The notes under the pieces were generated by a model, which worked only from the letters and a program-made list of their open reading frames with translations, did no database searches and had not been told where the DNA came from. 64,000 nt of DNA from Octopus sinensis (lineage: Eukaryota): assembly GCF_006345805.1 (NCBI RefSeq), contig NC_043007.1, positions 61,504,001-61,568,000 of the forward strand. Direction: 5' to 3'. The position numbers were made by a program, and so were the translations under genes. Below are positions 11,801 through 27,100 of the stretch, piece by piece. Position 1 is the stretch's first letter; each line of letters begins with the position of its first letter.

Positions 11801-12738
11801 TTCTCTCATTTACATATAGAAATCCAAACATTCATGTTGAGATGCATGATACTAAAATACATATATGTAATTATATATAACCGTATGAGCATACATAGTT
11901 TGATACGTATTTACATATGTGCGTGTGTACGTGTGTGTATGTGTATGTGTTGTGTATGTGAGTGTATGAGTATGTACATATATGCACGTATGAGTACGTG
12001 TGTAGATATATGTATGTATTGTACATGTATATGTGTATAAAAAATAACTAAAAAATAAAAATAAAAAGAAGCAAATTTGAATTTTAACCGTTATCCGCGA
12101 AAATAATATCATATATATGTATAGATGGATAAGGGTATATGTGTGTGTACTTTAAGATTATGCGTATATCTGTGAGTGTGTGTAAGTGTCTATATGATTG
12201 TGTATACTTGTATATATGTATAAGTAAGGTTATATTTGCATATATGTATCTAAGACGTTGTATCCATTCACCGTTAGACGTTGGTGAGAGGGACAAAGTC
12301 ACACACACATCCAAAGATATATATATATATATATATATGTATGTCTATATATACATTATACATGTATATGTGTGTATAAAACTTTCAAGAAAGTAAGTCA
12401 TGTATACAACTTGAACAGACACATATCAGCACATAAACATACGTTCACATGTACATATGTACACACACACACAGACACGTCTACACGCCTAAATATTGAG
12501 AAACGTACATAAGTACATACATACATACAAACATGCATGCATACATGCGTATAGGCATGCACACATGCATGCGCATGTTCACATAAACATATGCACATAC
12601 ATATAAAGGCTACATGTATTATCTATTTAATAATAACATCGATGAAATGAAGGATAGTAGTAACATTACATTAGCTATGATCAAATTTAAATTTCAATAT
12701 TCAGTACATTGTGATTGTAGTACATATTTTGTAATTAC

Positions 12739-12894
12739 CTTGAATTCCTGTGCTAAGGCAAATCCTTTTAGTACACACTACACTTCCTTTGGTCATACAA
12801 GCGCACTGATTACATTTATCTATGGCTGCGAATGTTTGCCCAAATTTGTAGACCTTTCCATTGTAGTGGCATGATATGAGCGTGATGGCAGTTC
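12739..12894 (-). CDS. Cys-rich repeat exon D11
   Basis: ttttctttccag|GA ... CAA G|gtaatt; 156 nt. TAITLISCHYNGKVYKFGQTFAAIDKCNQCACMTKGSVVCTKRICLSTGIQ. Confidence 0.9.
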
Positions 12895-13039
12895 CTGGAA
12901 AGAAAAAATATACCGAAATTCTGTATGAAACTAAAGACAATATAGGCGTTCCAGCCCAGTGAGACGTAAACTGGAGCAAAGCATGACAGTCAAACGATAA
13001 TATATGACAGGTGATGTATGTAATTACCATCTCTGCTCG

Positions 13040-13560
13040 ACCTTTCAGGGATAGCTTTCTCTTGGGCCATTTCTAGTGAGAATGACCACCCTGTTTGTCA
13101 CTTCGTCTCAGTTCTCCACTTCCAGATCTGGAGCAAACCAGACCCCGAGTAATTTAACCGGCTCGCCTGTCCAGCGTCTCACGATACAATTAGACGGCAT
13201 GGACCTACCTTCCAGGTGTCGAACTGCAAGCCCACAGACTTTCTTGTTCGATCTTTACTCCTATCACCATCTTGTATTTTTCGCGGCGTGTGGGAACAAA
13301 TGATTCTGCTATGCTTAGTGAGATGCATTTCTTCATCTCTTAATGCCTTTTCCGTAATTTTTACTGACTCTAGTTTGTGGCATGCATATACGAAGCCGTT
13401 TTCATTTTTCTCGGTTGCTGTTTTCCTGTTGATAATGTTTGTGCTGGTGGTGAAAGTCGAATTGTATCATTGTTCTCTTTACCTTGCTTGTTATTGCAGC
13501 TGCAACCGCTTTAATTAACTAAACATTTTCCCCAATTATAGTAGGTAGTGCACAGAAGCT
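13040..13560 (-). mobile_element. Decayed L1/Tx1-like fragment
   Basis: GC-richer, stop-ridden coding-like stretch resembling the other L1/Tx1 remnants; no intact motif. Confidence 0.3.
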
Positions 13561-13809
13561 AAATTTATAATGACTGTTCCAAGAGCCATCTCGCCCGACA
13601 ATTTGGGAAACCATATTATCCTTTGTCACAAAGATATGGCATTTAACAATTTAAAATTCCTCATAATCGAACCCCTGAGGCGCGAATATGTCATATCCCA
13701 ACTAGTATATGCGAGTCCTAACCGGCCTATTAACAAGATGACACATCAGAAATACAAATGATGTTTTTATAAAACAATGAAATTTAGCAATACTCCCGAG
13801 TTGCAAACA

Positions 13810-14042
13810 GATAGGCTTTCCTTGTAAGTACAACAACAATTAGGCTTGGAATTTTTGGGGAAAGGGCTAATCGATTTCATCGACTCTAGTGCGTAACTGG
13901 TACTTAATTTATCGACCCCGAAGGGATGATAGGCAAAGTCGAACTCGGCGGAATTTGAACTCAGAATGTAGCGACGAGCAAATTACCGCTAAGCATTCCC
14001 TCCAGGGTGCTAACGAGTATGCCACCTCACCGCCTTAATCAC

Positions 14043-14106
<64 letters not shown>

Positions 14107-14135
14107 GTGATGATGATGATGATGATATGATGATG

Positions 14136-14198
<63 letters not shown>

Positions 14199-14390
14199 GT
14201 TTCAAATTTTGGCACAAGGCCAGTAAGTTCGGGTGAAGGGGTCGATTACATTGACCCCAGTGATCAACTGGTACTTATTTTATCGACCCATAAAGGATGA
14301 AAGGCAACGTCTACCTCGGCGGAATTCGAACTTGGACAAATGCCGCTAAGCATTTTGCCCGGCGTGCTAACGATTCTGTCAACTTACCGC
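13810..14390 (-). mobile_element. Two SINE family C copies separated by (AAT)n
   Basis: Shared body ...GGTACTTATTTTATCGACCC...AAAGGCAAAGTCGACCTCGGCGGAATT...GCTAACGATTCTG...CCGC; also at 19500-19690 and 49570-50225. Confidence 0.65.
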
Positions 14391-15340
<950 letters not shown>

Positions 15341-15378
15341 TAATAATAATAATAATATAATAATAATAATAATAATAA

Positions 15379-15409
<31 letters not shown>

Positions 15410-16099
15410 CTCACATGTGCCGCTACAGCAACACGTGCGTGAAAATGTAAACACATGGAACGCAATACATCTATACAAAAATTGCAAACCTGTGGATGAA
15501 TTTTTATCACATATGCATCCATATCTATACAAGTCCTCTCTCTATATGCACGTTGCTGTTTCTTTTCGGTCTCTCGCTTATACATCAATTTATATGATAA
15601 ATACAAAAAAAAAAAACATCAGCACATGTCCATGGGCGATGATCTGTGAAAAAGTAAACACCGTAGAGACGGACCATAACAAAACCAACCAAAAAGGAAC
15701 GATGGACAGATAACTATGAATACTATGAAATGGTTGGTTTATGATTTACAGCATATGCAACACTCCTCCGAAAACATACAGGAATAAACTCATACAGTAA
15801 ATATCCAATAAAACGAACAAAGCACACAACATGTGCCATAGATGTCCGATACCCAACAGAAGAACACATCCTGCACTGCACAACCTGCACTGCACAAACA
15901 GCGCAATACAAAAACTAATACAACAGAAAACTCAAACCAAAGCCCATAACGTAAAATTCTGATGCAATACAATATTCTACAAGGGAGAAAAAGGAAGGAC
16001 ACACCTCACCAGCACAAGTGTGCAGCAAGTGATGCAATAAAAAGTTACTTGAAACTATTAGCTGTCGAAAATAATAGTGGTGGTGACGATGGTGACGAA

Positions 16100-19000
16100 T
16101 GTTACCTTACCTCAGTTTATGAGAGACAAGAGTTTGCGTAGAAACTCTGGTATAACAGTGAAAATGATGTTGGACCTCAGTAAAGATGCAGACTGACCAC
16201 AGCTGTTATCCTAATACAGTATCAACAGATAATAGAGTAAGGAGGAGGAAGTAAACCAGCAAATAAAACAGGATAGTGATGCAGTGCTACTTAGAAAGGT
16301 CTGTTTAAAGTGACTGAGCAGGGACTAGTAGATCAAGCTAATGCTTTTAGGAGAAGAAAGCGAATGACAGAATTGGAGGTGGAAGAGATCACAAAGAACT
16401 GGAGAAGAAAAAACAGGCAGTAGGAAAGACAAATAACAACATAAGAGATACAACTCAAACCAAAGAGGAACCTAAAGGAAAAAATAATAGCACTAAGAAT
16501 AAGGAAGAGACAACTGGCACTAGCGATTTAAGTGATTTATGTGAGAAAGCTCAGAAGATTTTGGATGAGTTGCAAGAAGTAATGACTAAAGAAGTAAGGA
16601 AAAGATTGCCAGCATTCAAAAGTATCAACAGAAGGAAGCTGCTAGAAATGACAAGGAAAGTAGATTCTGTTATCGGTAGGATAGATACTAAAAATATAGG
16701 TGATACTTACTTATGATCTATGCAGGAGGAGTAGTTGTTACTAGAAGATTAGATATTCCACAAGGAAAGATCAGAAAAGAGCAAATGTGGAAAAGGAAAC
16801 TACAAAATAAAATGAAGATTTTAAGAGTAGAATAGAAACCTGGAAACTGAACAAGTTAGGAAACACGAGATTTGAATCTTCTCTTGAAAAAAGATACTTA
16901 GACAAAGAGAAAGGATTTGGGACCGTCATAAAAGATTGGAACAGCGTATCATATCAGTAGCAGGTAAGTTTTCCAGATATCAGAAAAGAATAGATCAGTA
17001 TCAACAGAATAGATTATTTGAGACTGACTAGAGGAGATTTTATAAACAAATAAATAGTGGAGAAAAAAGTACTGAAGATGAGAAACCTAAAGTAGAAGCT
17101 AGAAAGTTCTGAGATAATATTTGGAATAAGCCAGCCAATCATAATGGAGATGCAGCATGGTTAAAGTGAGGGAAGAAGAAGGGGGTAAGAAGCAGCTAGA
17201 TCTAAGATTAACTAGTGCATTAATAAGTAAAGTGTTAGGGAAAATGACGAATTGGAGGACCCAGGACTGGATTTAGTTCAAGGGTACTGGTTAAAGAAAT
17301 TTAGTAGTTTATATGGGAGGATCAGAGAACAACTTCAGGATTGCCTTAATGGAGAAATAATACCAGATTGGATGACTACAAGGAGAACAATACTCCTTAT
17401 GAAAGATAAAAAGAAGGGTAATACAGCTAACAATTATAGATCAATCACTTACCATTAGTGTGGAAGCTGTTAACAGGAATGCTTTCAGAAAGCATTTTAT
17501 AGCACCTTGACAACCAGAATTTACTGTCAGAAGAACAAGAAGGCTAGGGGAATGCATGATTTATTATATACAGATAAAGCAGATCTAAATGAAGAAAAAT
17601 CTAGAAAGAAAAAATCTAACAATAGCATGGATAGAATATAAGAAGGCCTATTCAGAAATAGTAAAGGAAAAATGAATAATTTCCTCTACGTGGATGATCC
17701 GAAGCTTTTTTAAGGAAAAATGAAAAATAGATTCCTTAATACAGACTGTAAGACACTTCAGCAAAGATATAGGCATGGAATTCGGCATAGATGAGTGTGC
17801 AATGTTAGTTATAAAAAGGTGACAAGTAGTCAACAGTAAAGGCATCCAATTACCAGATGGCCAGACATTAAAATCATTGAGAAAAGGAGAGAGCTATAAG
17901 TACCTAGGAGTATTAGATTCTATATAGAAATAAAAACGAAAATTGAGGAATACATCAGAAGGGCGAGAAAGCTAATGAAGTCAAAGATAAATGGTCCGAA
18001 TCTAGTGGAAGCTGTAAATACTTGGATAGTATCATTACTTAGATACTCAGCAGCTTTTGTAGATTGGACAAAAACTGAATTAGCAAAGCTAGACAGAATA
18101 ACTAGGAAGGAATTTAATATGAATGGAAGACTCCACCCAAGGGCAGAAGTAGCAAGATTATATTTGCCTAGAAAGGAAGGTGAAAGAGGGTTAATATCAG
18201 TAGAAGGCTACGTTAACTAGAGGAGATATAAGATTCCTATGTTGGTAATAGTGAAAAAAGTCTACAAGGAGCTGATAGAGTCACAGCAAGACAAAGGGAG
18301 ACCAAAAGCTAAACGAAGTTAAAAACCAGAAAAACGAACAGAAATTATCTGACTGGCAGGAAGTGTTGTATGGTAGATTTCCAAAGATAAAGACCCCCTT
18401 CGGTCATGAATGACCATGGGATTGCACTAGAAAGTTACCTTCCTAGATACAAGTCCGGGCAAGGTTGTTTATGGAAGGCCAGCAGTCGCCCATGCATACC
18501 GGCCTCCCCTCTCCACGCCACCAGTGTTATCCAAGGGAAAGACAAAGGTCGATACAGCTTGCCACCAGTGACGTCGCAACTCATTTCTACAGCTGAGTGA
18601 ACTGGAGCAACGTGAAATAAAGTGCCTTGCTCGAGAACACAACACGCAGCCCGGTCCGGGATTCGAGCTCACAACCTCACGATCGTAAACTCGACGCTCT
18701 AACCACTGAGCCATGCGCCAAAGATAGTTGCAGCAAATAGTAGTAGTGAGACATGACTCTGGTTTCAGAAAAGAAAGCTGAAAAGGGAGACAGAAGTTTT
18801 GTTAGTAGCTGTATAAGATCAAGTATTAAGGGTAATTGGATAAGAGCCAAGATATACTAAAGCCAAGTAGATTTCCATTGTAGGTTATGCAATTCAAAAG
18901 AGGAAATCGTTACTCATAATGTAAGTAAATGTAGTATGCTGGCACAGAAATAATACAAGAAAAGACATGACAACTTAAGGAGAGTAATTCACTGGGAGAT

Positions 19001-19420
19001 ATGCAGAAAGTTACGATTTGAACATACTGAAAAATGGTATGAACATGAACCTACTAAAGTGCTAGAAAGTAAGAAATATAAGATGTTGTAGGACTTCAAT
19101 ATTCAGAGTGGCAGAATAATAGAAGCTAGAAGGCCTGATTTAGTAGTAGTAAACAAAGAGAATAGAAAGTGCCAGATAATTGACTTTACAGTCCCAAATG
19201 ATGAGGAAGTCAATATGTAAGGTACCTAACCATTGAGTTACAGAGACTATGGAAAGTGCAAGTAAAATGTATCCCGGTAGCTATAGGTGCATTAGGAACT
19301 ATGCTTAAAGATTTGAACAGATGGATAGAGAAAACAGGCATAAAAGCCAGTTTAGGAGAGCTACAGAGAATAGTATTATTAGGGACAGCTAGGATACTTA
19401 GGAGGTTTCTTGGCATCTAA
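16100..19420 (+). mobile_element. R4/Dong-like LINE, near full length, decayed
   Basis: RT pieces (PGLDLVQGYWLKKF, NYRSIT, YVDD) and RLE RPDLVVVNK; 5' end shared with the copy at 45105. Confidence 0.8.
18390..18719 (-). mobile_element. SINE family A inserted in the LINE
   Basis: Matches 1486-1810; AAAGATA duplicated at 18383-18389 and 18720-18726 (TSD). Confidence 0.8.
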
Positions 19421-19688
19421 GGTTATTTGTTGTAGCCCGATGTTAAGAATTTTTCTTTTCCAACAGTCTAATCTGTATATGGATAATAATAACAATAATA
19501 ATCCTTCCTACTATAGTCACAAGGCCTGAAACTTGGGGAAGGGATTACGTCGATTACATCCACCCCAATGCTTAACAGGTACTTATTTAATCGACTCCGA
19601 AATGATGAAAGGCAAAGTCGACCTCGGTGGAATTTGAACACAACGTAAAGACGGCGTGCTAACTTACGATTCTGCCAACTCACCACCT

Positions 19689-19747
<59 letters not shown>

Positions 19748-19779
19748 ATAATAATAATAATAATAATACCATAAAAATT

Positions 19780-21600
19780 GTGCATGCCCTGGATAGACTT
19801 TAAAAAGTCTTACGACAACATTCAGGGATTTTGGAAACACTCGACATGTGTGGAATAGCTGAATGTGTGTGCACTAATTAAGGACAGCATGCCTAGTTGG
19901 AAAACACGTCATTTATATAAAAGCCAGAACTTATCGAAGGTAACAATCAAAAGAGGTGTCTTCCAGAGAGACTATTGTTCCCCTTTGTTATCTGTTATAA
20001 CCTTGATCCCACTTTCTGTAGCTCTACGCAAAGTCAATGCGCACTATGCGCTGAGAAAGAACTGACTTCGTCTCAATTACCTTCTCTTCGTGGATGACTT
20101 AAGACTGTTCGCAAAAACATAGCCTTAAATGGAGAGGCTGGTTGAGACTGTACAGATGTGCAGCAAATATATAGGAATGAAATTCGGTATCTCGAAGTGT
20201 GCGTTTCTCACTTTGAAACGGGGGAAAAGAGCAGATTGTACGAGCATAGAATTGCCAAACGGAGAACGGAGATAGAATGGAAGACCCGGATGGTGATGAT
20301 GGGTACGAGTATCTTGGGATCTTGGAGCTGGACAATATCTTGCACAGAGAAATGAAAGACAAGGTCATCACGGCATATTTGAAGCGCCCCAGATTTCTCT
20401 TCAAATCAAAGTTCAGCTTAAGGAAACTTGTGATAGCCACCAACATATGGGCTGTTGCTGTAATCCACTAAAGTGCACCCATCCTAGAATTGACACAAAT
20501 GGAGATTAACCAACTCGGTCGAACTACTAAGGCGGACGTACACAGACTTGACATAAAGAGGTGTAAAGGTGGACGTGAGCTGATTAGCATACGGGAGTGC
20601 ATCAACAGTGAAAGAAGAAACATGGCAGAATATTTGGTAAACAGCAAACAAGACCCGCTACAGTATGTTACTAATGCAGAGGGATTTACCAAAAACTGAT
20701 TTGAGAGTGCTTATGAATTTCCGATCACGAATAGCCAACGAGAGAGAAGAAAACTTACTCCGTATGGAATTACATGGTCAGTTTCACCGTGAAACTAACA
20801 ATTAAAAGACCAAGAAGCATTATGGAGGAGGATCAGCAAGGGTGACTTAAAAAAGGAGACTGAAAGCCTAATCATCGCTGCCCAGGATCAGGCATTGAAT
20901 ACCAATTCAGTGAAAAGGGATATGTATCACACGAGCAGAACGAACCTCTGCAGAGTGTGTGGGAAGAGGGTCGAAAACGTGACTCACATTGTTAGTGTTT
21001 GTGAAAGTTTTGAGCAGAAATAGTACAAACGCAGACACGACAAGGTAGCCCAAAACTTTCTCTGGCTACTATGCTGGAAGTATGAATACGAGGTAACAGG
21101 TGCTTGGTACCACCATACGCCAGAAAAGGTAATGGACGAATATTGGAAGGCAAAAATCCTCTGGGACTTTGACTTCCAAACAGACAAGGTGTTAGAGCAC
21201 CGTAGGCCAGATATAGTAACCTTTAGGAGGGACAAACAAAAGTACCTAATAATCGACGTGGCAGTGCCAGGAGATCAACATATGATGAACGAAAGAGAAA
21301 AGTCTGATGAATATGAAGATCTAAGAATTGAGATCGCCTAGATGTGACAGCTACGAGAGTCAAACATAAAGGTTGTCCCTGTTGTCATCGGAACATTGGG
21401 TTCAATATCACCCAACCTGAAAAAAACATCTAGAAATTTTAGAAATACCATACAATCTAGGTGTATTGCAAAAATCGGCACTACTTGGAACTGCACGCAT
21501 ATTGCGTAAAATACTGTCTGTCTGAGGTCCTTGTTGTGATTTAACAGACGGTACACAACCCCCGGTAGACACAATATCTTCAATCAACAACATCACGATA
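19780..21600 (+). mobile_element. R4/Dong-like LINE fragment
   Basis: GVFQRDYCSPLL, LFVDDLRLFA, CRVC, ILWDFDFQTDKVLEHRRPDIV. Confidence 0.85.
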
Positions 21601-21662
21601 TTAGATACTGCGTCACGCAATAAATAACAACAACAACAACAACAGTAATAATAATAATAATG

Positions 21663-21782
<120 letters not shown>

Positions 21783-21789
21783 CAGTAGA

Positions 21790-22475
21790 AGCACATAATG
21801 AATAAAAATACAAGTCAGAATATGTCTCTAGCTGCCCAGTTCTGGCTAAGAAGGAAGGAATATATCCACAGACATGACAGAGTTGGGACCTGTATACGCT
21901 GGAAGCTATGCCAACGTTATGGAACGGCAATAGAAAAAAGATGGTATAGGCACACCTCAGAAAAACGTTTAAGAAAATGACAAAGCAACCATACATTGGA
22001 GTATGCCAATACATAGAGATAGAGAAATCAAGGATAATAGACCAGATATAGTTATCAGGGATCACACACACATACACAAAAATAATAATAAAATGCCTTT
22101 TAATTGATGTATCAATATCAACATGTGATAATGTATCTCTAAAAGAAACTGAGAAATTCCCAAAATACAAAGGTCTGGAAACAGAGGTAACGCGAATGTG
22201 GAGTCTAAAAACAGAAACAATCCCTATAATAATAGGTACATTAGGTATGATTAAAAAACATTCAGACGAATACATAACCAAAACACCAGGTCTTACGAAT
22301 GTTTATAATGTAAAGAAAATAGCACTACTAGGCAGCCACCGCACACACCTTACGTAAAGCACTTTCAGTACAGTAAAAATAAGAGCACCACAACAAACCA
22401 CAGTACATATCTAACGCACACAGAGCTGCACTCGGCAGTGCAGTGAAAGCACGTAATAAAAACAAGACTACTGAA
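21790..22475 (+). mobile_element. R4/Dong-like LINE 3' fragment
   Basis: Homologous to 23640-24262; sits between (AAT)n tracts. Confidence 0.8.
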
Positions 22476-22501
22476 TAATAATAATAATAATAATAATAAT
22501 G

Positions 22502-22554
<53 letters not shown>

Positions 22555-22555
<1 letters not shown>

Positions 22556-24260
22556 GAACTGGATGCGGATATAAATGTTACGGCAAAACGATCAGCCACC
22601 TTTTATATAGGGATGACCTAAAACTATACGCTGCAAATGACAAACAGCTGGAAACACTATTAAACACAGTTCATGGATTTACCAAAGAAATAGATATGAA
22701 ATTTGGATTAGAAAAATGCGCCAAAGTAACCATGAAAAGAGGAAAACTAGTTAAGAGTAACAACATCACACTAGATAAAACCAATGAAATAAAAGAATTA
22801 GACCAAAGCCAAACTTACAAATACTTAGGAATCCATGAACTAGATAAGACACAACACACACAAATGAAAGAGAAAATAAAAAAAGAATATTATAGACGAG
22901 TTAGATCAATACTAAAAACAGAGCTCAATGCTAAAAACAAGATAATAGGTATCAACACTTTAGCTGTCCCAGTTATAAGTTACAGCTACAATATCCTTAA
23001 CTGGACACGAAATGAACTGTTCAAAATAGATAGGAAAACAAGAAAAATACTGACAGGATCTAGGATGCATCACCCAAAATCTGACATAGAAAGACTATAT
23101 ATACAACGTATAGAAGGTGGTAGAGGCCTTATACAGCTGGAAAACTACTATAAAATAACCACCATAGGACTGCAAAAATACCTACTTCAGAAGGAAGGAA
23201 AACTGATCCAGATAGCAGCAAAACACGAGCAAAACAAAAAACTGTTCTCAGTATTTAAGGAAGCTGACAAATACAAACAAGAAATCATACCACCTAATAA
23301 ACACAAAGAAGAAGAAGATGATGAAAAAACAACAAAAGCTATAAAACAAATGATATCCAAACTAAAAATAGAACAGCAACGAGCCATGATAAAACGATGG
23401 CAAGAAAAGCCCCTTCATGGTAAATACTGCACTAAACTAAACGCAAAAGAAATAGACAAAGAAAAATCCCAGCAATGGTTGAGAAGCTCAGGACTCAAAG
23501 CAGAAACAGAGGGATTTTTAATTGCAGCACAAGACCAAAGCCTCCCCACCAGAAATTACCAAAAACATGTAATGAAAAGAAATATTACAAGTAACTGCAG
23601 AATATGTGGAGATGGACAAGAAACAATAAATCATATTATCTCTAGCTGCCCAGTCCTGGCTAAGAAGGAATATATTCACAGACAAGACAGAGTTGGAACC
23701 TACATACATTGGAAGCTATGCCAACATTATGGAATAACAACAGAAAAAAGATGGTATAGGCACACACCAGAAAAAGTCACAGAAAACGAGAAAGCAACCA
23801 TACTCTGGGATATGCCGATACACACAGATAGAGAAATTAAGGCCAACAGACCAGATATAGTTGTCAGAGATCATGAAGAAAAAAAATGCTTTCTAATTGA
23901 TGTATCAATACCGGCAGATGACAACGTGTCTCTAAAAGAAATGGAGAAACTCTCAAAATACAAAGACCTGGAAATAGAGGTAACTAGAATGTGGAACCTG
24001 AAAACAGAAACAATTCCTATCATAGTAGGTGCATTAGGCATGGTAAAAAAAATATTCAGACAAATACATAACAAAAACACCAGGACTTACAAACACATAT
24101 AACATACAGAAAATTGCACTACTAGGCACTGCACACATCCTACGCAGAACATTTTCCATACAATAACCATCAGAGCATCACAACAAATCACAGCACATAC
24201 CCAAGGCACACAGAGCTGCGCTCGGTAGTGAAGTGAAAGCACGCTATAAAAATAAAACTA

Positions 24261-24262
<2 letters not shown>
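22555..24262 (+). mobile_element. R4/Dong-like LINE, 5'-truncated, longest open frame (about 22561-24102)
   Basis: LLYRDDLKLY (RT YxDD position), FGLEKCAK, CRICGDGQETINHIISSC (CCHC), ILWDMPIHTDREIKANRPDIVV (RLE); (AAT)n on both sides. Confidence 0.92.
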
Positions 24263-24313
<51 letters not shown>

Positions 24314-24552
24314 TAATAATTTAATAAAATCTATATTGCTAAATACTTAAAAAAAATCAACAACAAACAGACAAATAAACTGAAAAACAAAAAATGCGAA
24401 GCAGAACAATTTTACAATCTGTATGTTGGTGTTCTACTACTATGAGGGTACATTATTACTTCAGTATTATTATATTCTATATTGAACAAAAGTAGTCAAG
24501 ATTAACATTCAGTTCAGTCCATCGTTTTTCTAATATATCTTTTATGAATTAC

Positions 24553-24720
24553 CTTGTGTATTCATTGGAAGGCATTTTTTTTTGGTGCATACTGTATTGC
24601 CTTTACGCTGGCAAGTGCATTGATTACATCTATCTACAGATTTGAACGACTGTCCAAATAAATATATATGTCCGTAGTAGTGGCATACCGCGAAAATGTC
24701 GATCTTGTGTGTGGTAGTTT
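24553..24720 (-). CDS. Cys-rich repeat exon D10
   Basis: ttttatttcag|AA ... CAA G|gtaatt; 168 nt. TTTHKIDIFAVCHYYGHIYLFGQSFKSVDRCNQCTCQRKGNTVCTKKKCLPMNTQ. Confidence 0.9.
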
Positions 24721-25621
24721 CTGAAATAAAAGTCTTATATGAATTCCATACGAATAGGAACACCGGTCATGAAGTATTTAGCCAGGCAATAAAAAAAGAG
24801 AAAGTACAAACTTCTTTTGAAGTTTGTTCATTGAAAATACTAGTCAAGGTTAACACACACACGCACGCACGCACACGCACACGCACACGCACCCACACGC
24901 ACACAAAACGTACATGTTAAGCGCACTGGAATTTACGACACCTTATCAGTTAATTTGGGGACTCAGTAATCTGTTCCACACACCATTCCAATACTTTACG
25001 TGGTGTGAAACCAATGATCATATCGCGAGACAGGCAGGTACACAGAGTTCGATCTACGTAATATAGTAATAAAAGCTGCAGAGAAACGTAAATGGTATTT
25101 TAAAGCTTTTTATAATATATGTGTGTTTCTATAAGCCGATTGACTTTCATCCTCGACTAATTTCATTTTCAGTGTTTCTTATTGCTTTGTGTGTGTGTGC
25201 GTGCGTGCGCGCGCGTGTGTGTGTTTAATCTACAAGAAATAATTTCATAGCCTTTATATCTTCAACTATATTTCGAAATTGATTTATTCATTACGATAGT
25301 TTTAGACAATAGCTTATTTTGAATTTATTCCACCAACAAAAGGTGTTTAAGCTGAAACATTTGAGTTAACAAGAGACTCAATTACGTACTCATTGGTCGG
25401 AAGTTCATATTAACTATAGATCTTTCGTTTTGTCTCGAGGAAGGAAAACTAAAACAGACAAATCATCATTCCTATCTTTAGGTGACCTGTATTAGCTAAG
25501 ATGGGGCATATTATTTATCAGGCATTTAAAGTCATGAGACTAGAAATAAAGATCAGCTTTTGGAGAAAGCTAAATATTCTCAGCACCAAAGCGTTCAAGC
25601 GCCGAAACATTCTATTATTAC

Positions 25622-25768
25622 CTTGACTTCCTGAGGAAAGGCATATTCTTTTCGTACATTCTACAATTCCTTTGGGTTTGCAACTGCATTTATTGCAGTT
25701 ATCAGCAGCTGGGAACGTCTCTCCAACGATATATATTTTAATTCCGTACTTGCATTTTACTGATATCT
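25622..25768 (-). CDS. Cys-rich repeat exon D9
   Basis: ctttctccttag|AG ... CAA G|gtaata; 147 nt. ISVKCKYGIKIYIVGETFPAADNCNKCSCKPKGIVECTKRICLSSGSQ. Confidence 0.9.
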
Positions 25769-26502
25769 CTAAGGAGAAAGAAAACACAAATTTAAAAAGC
25801 TTTTAAATACAGAGTCACTGCTCTCAAAAGAAATTTTTGTTTACTTCATCATACATTTGTTTGACTAATGATAAAATATATGCGATCATAAAAGACAAAC
25901 AGAAAAATTCAGTTGTTTAAATCAATTCTGTGACATCGAACAAAATTGACGTGTGATGAAGATATATAAATCAGACAGAAATGCGATAGTCGTAAGAAAA
26001 GTCACCCACAATAAACTTAATATGGATTGAAATAGGTAATACTGAACTAGAATTAGATTCCACATTTAAAGATTTCTGTCTTATAGATCTACTTGTCAGT
26101 TATGTAGAATAGATATTGACAAAATACTGCAAAACTGAACGGGAGCTCTTCAAACTGCTCAGTGTTTAGCAAACGTAATGAATATTAAAAACGGTATTCC
26201 TTGGTATAATCCATATTTTCAGTTTTATATGAAAATATGCATTCATTCACTGGAGCTAGAAGAATCTGCCGTTGGAGTCAAAATTCCTTGTCATAGAATA
26301 GTACATCATTTCGGTTAAAGTCTGGGCATCTTGACATCTTCCAACGAGTAATGAAATTGCTGTTGCACTTAGGGGAAACGGAGCTCCTACTTTATTAATA
26401 ATCGTGGAATTTTCAAGGATCCTGTTGGATTTTATAAAATTTCGACTGACTTAACATGTGATGGACACTATAATCTGCTATAATGCTAACTTTTAGTATC
26501 AT

Positions 26503-26655
26503 CTTCATTTCCTTCAGATACACATATCTTTTTGGAACACAGTACGCTCCCTTTAGGTTTACAGCTGCACTGATTACATTTATCATTAGCTACAAAGGTC
26601 TCTCCAATGACATACATTTTCCATTATATAGATTGGTTCTGTCACTCAAAATCGC
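26503..26655 (-). pseudogene. Decayed pseudo-exon of the same Cys-repeat family
   Basis: The 3' part reads MYVIGETFVANDKCNQCSCKPKGSVLCSKKICVSEGNE, but Cys1 is absent and the YNGK segment is shifted by -1 nt (in-frame TGA and TAA). The donor-homologous site is G|ATGATACTAAAAG, versus G|GTAATACTAAAA in D2 and D4. Confidence 0.75.
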
Positions 26656-26953
26656 CTAAAAACATGGTATGATGAATTGACGAGAGGAATGTTAGCTGTA
26701 TGAAAATACCCTATAAAGTTATTCATTGAAATAGATAACTGAAGTAAAACAAAATCAAAATTCATTAGATCAACATTGAAAGACGTCTTTTTTACAGTTC
26801 CAATTGCCATTTATTTATAAAGGTTAGTTATAACAAGACGTATTACTAACCGATTGGCGTCAAATTTCCTTAATCGTAAATATTTCATTTTTTTTTTATA
26901 AAACCATGATTAAGTTTTTATAAATTGTTTAAAAGAATAATTTTTAATGTTAC

Positions 26954-27100
26954 CATGAGTTTCTGAGAAAACGCATATCTTTGTGGTACAGTCAACATTT
27001 CCTTTTGCCTTGCAAGTGCATTTATTGCATTTGTCAGCAGCATTAAACGTAACTCCAATGGTATATGTTTTGCCATTGTAGTGGCATTTTACTGAAATTT
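26954..27100 (-). CDS. Cys-rich repeat exon D8 (not in ORF track)
   Basis: cttttctttcag|AA ... CAT G|gtaaca; 147 nt. ISVKCHYNGKTYTIGVTFNAADKCNKCTCKAKGNVDCTTKICVFSETH. Confidence 0.88.

Noticed and set aside
22696-24102. 468-aa ORF as a host gene or active LINE
   Set aside because: It is a 5'-truncated retrotransposon ORF, the catalytic motif reads YRDD, and the C-terminus is frameshifted.
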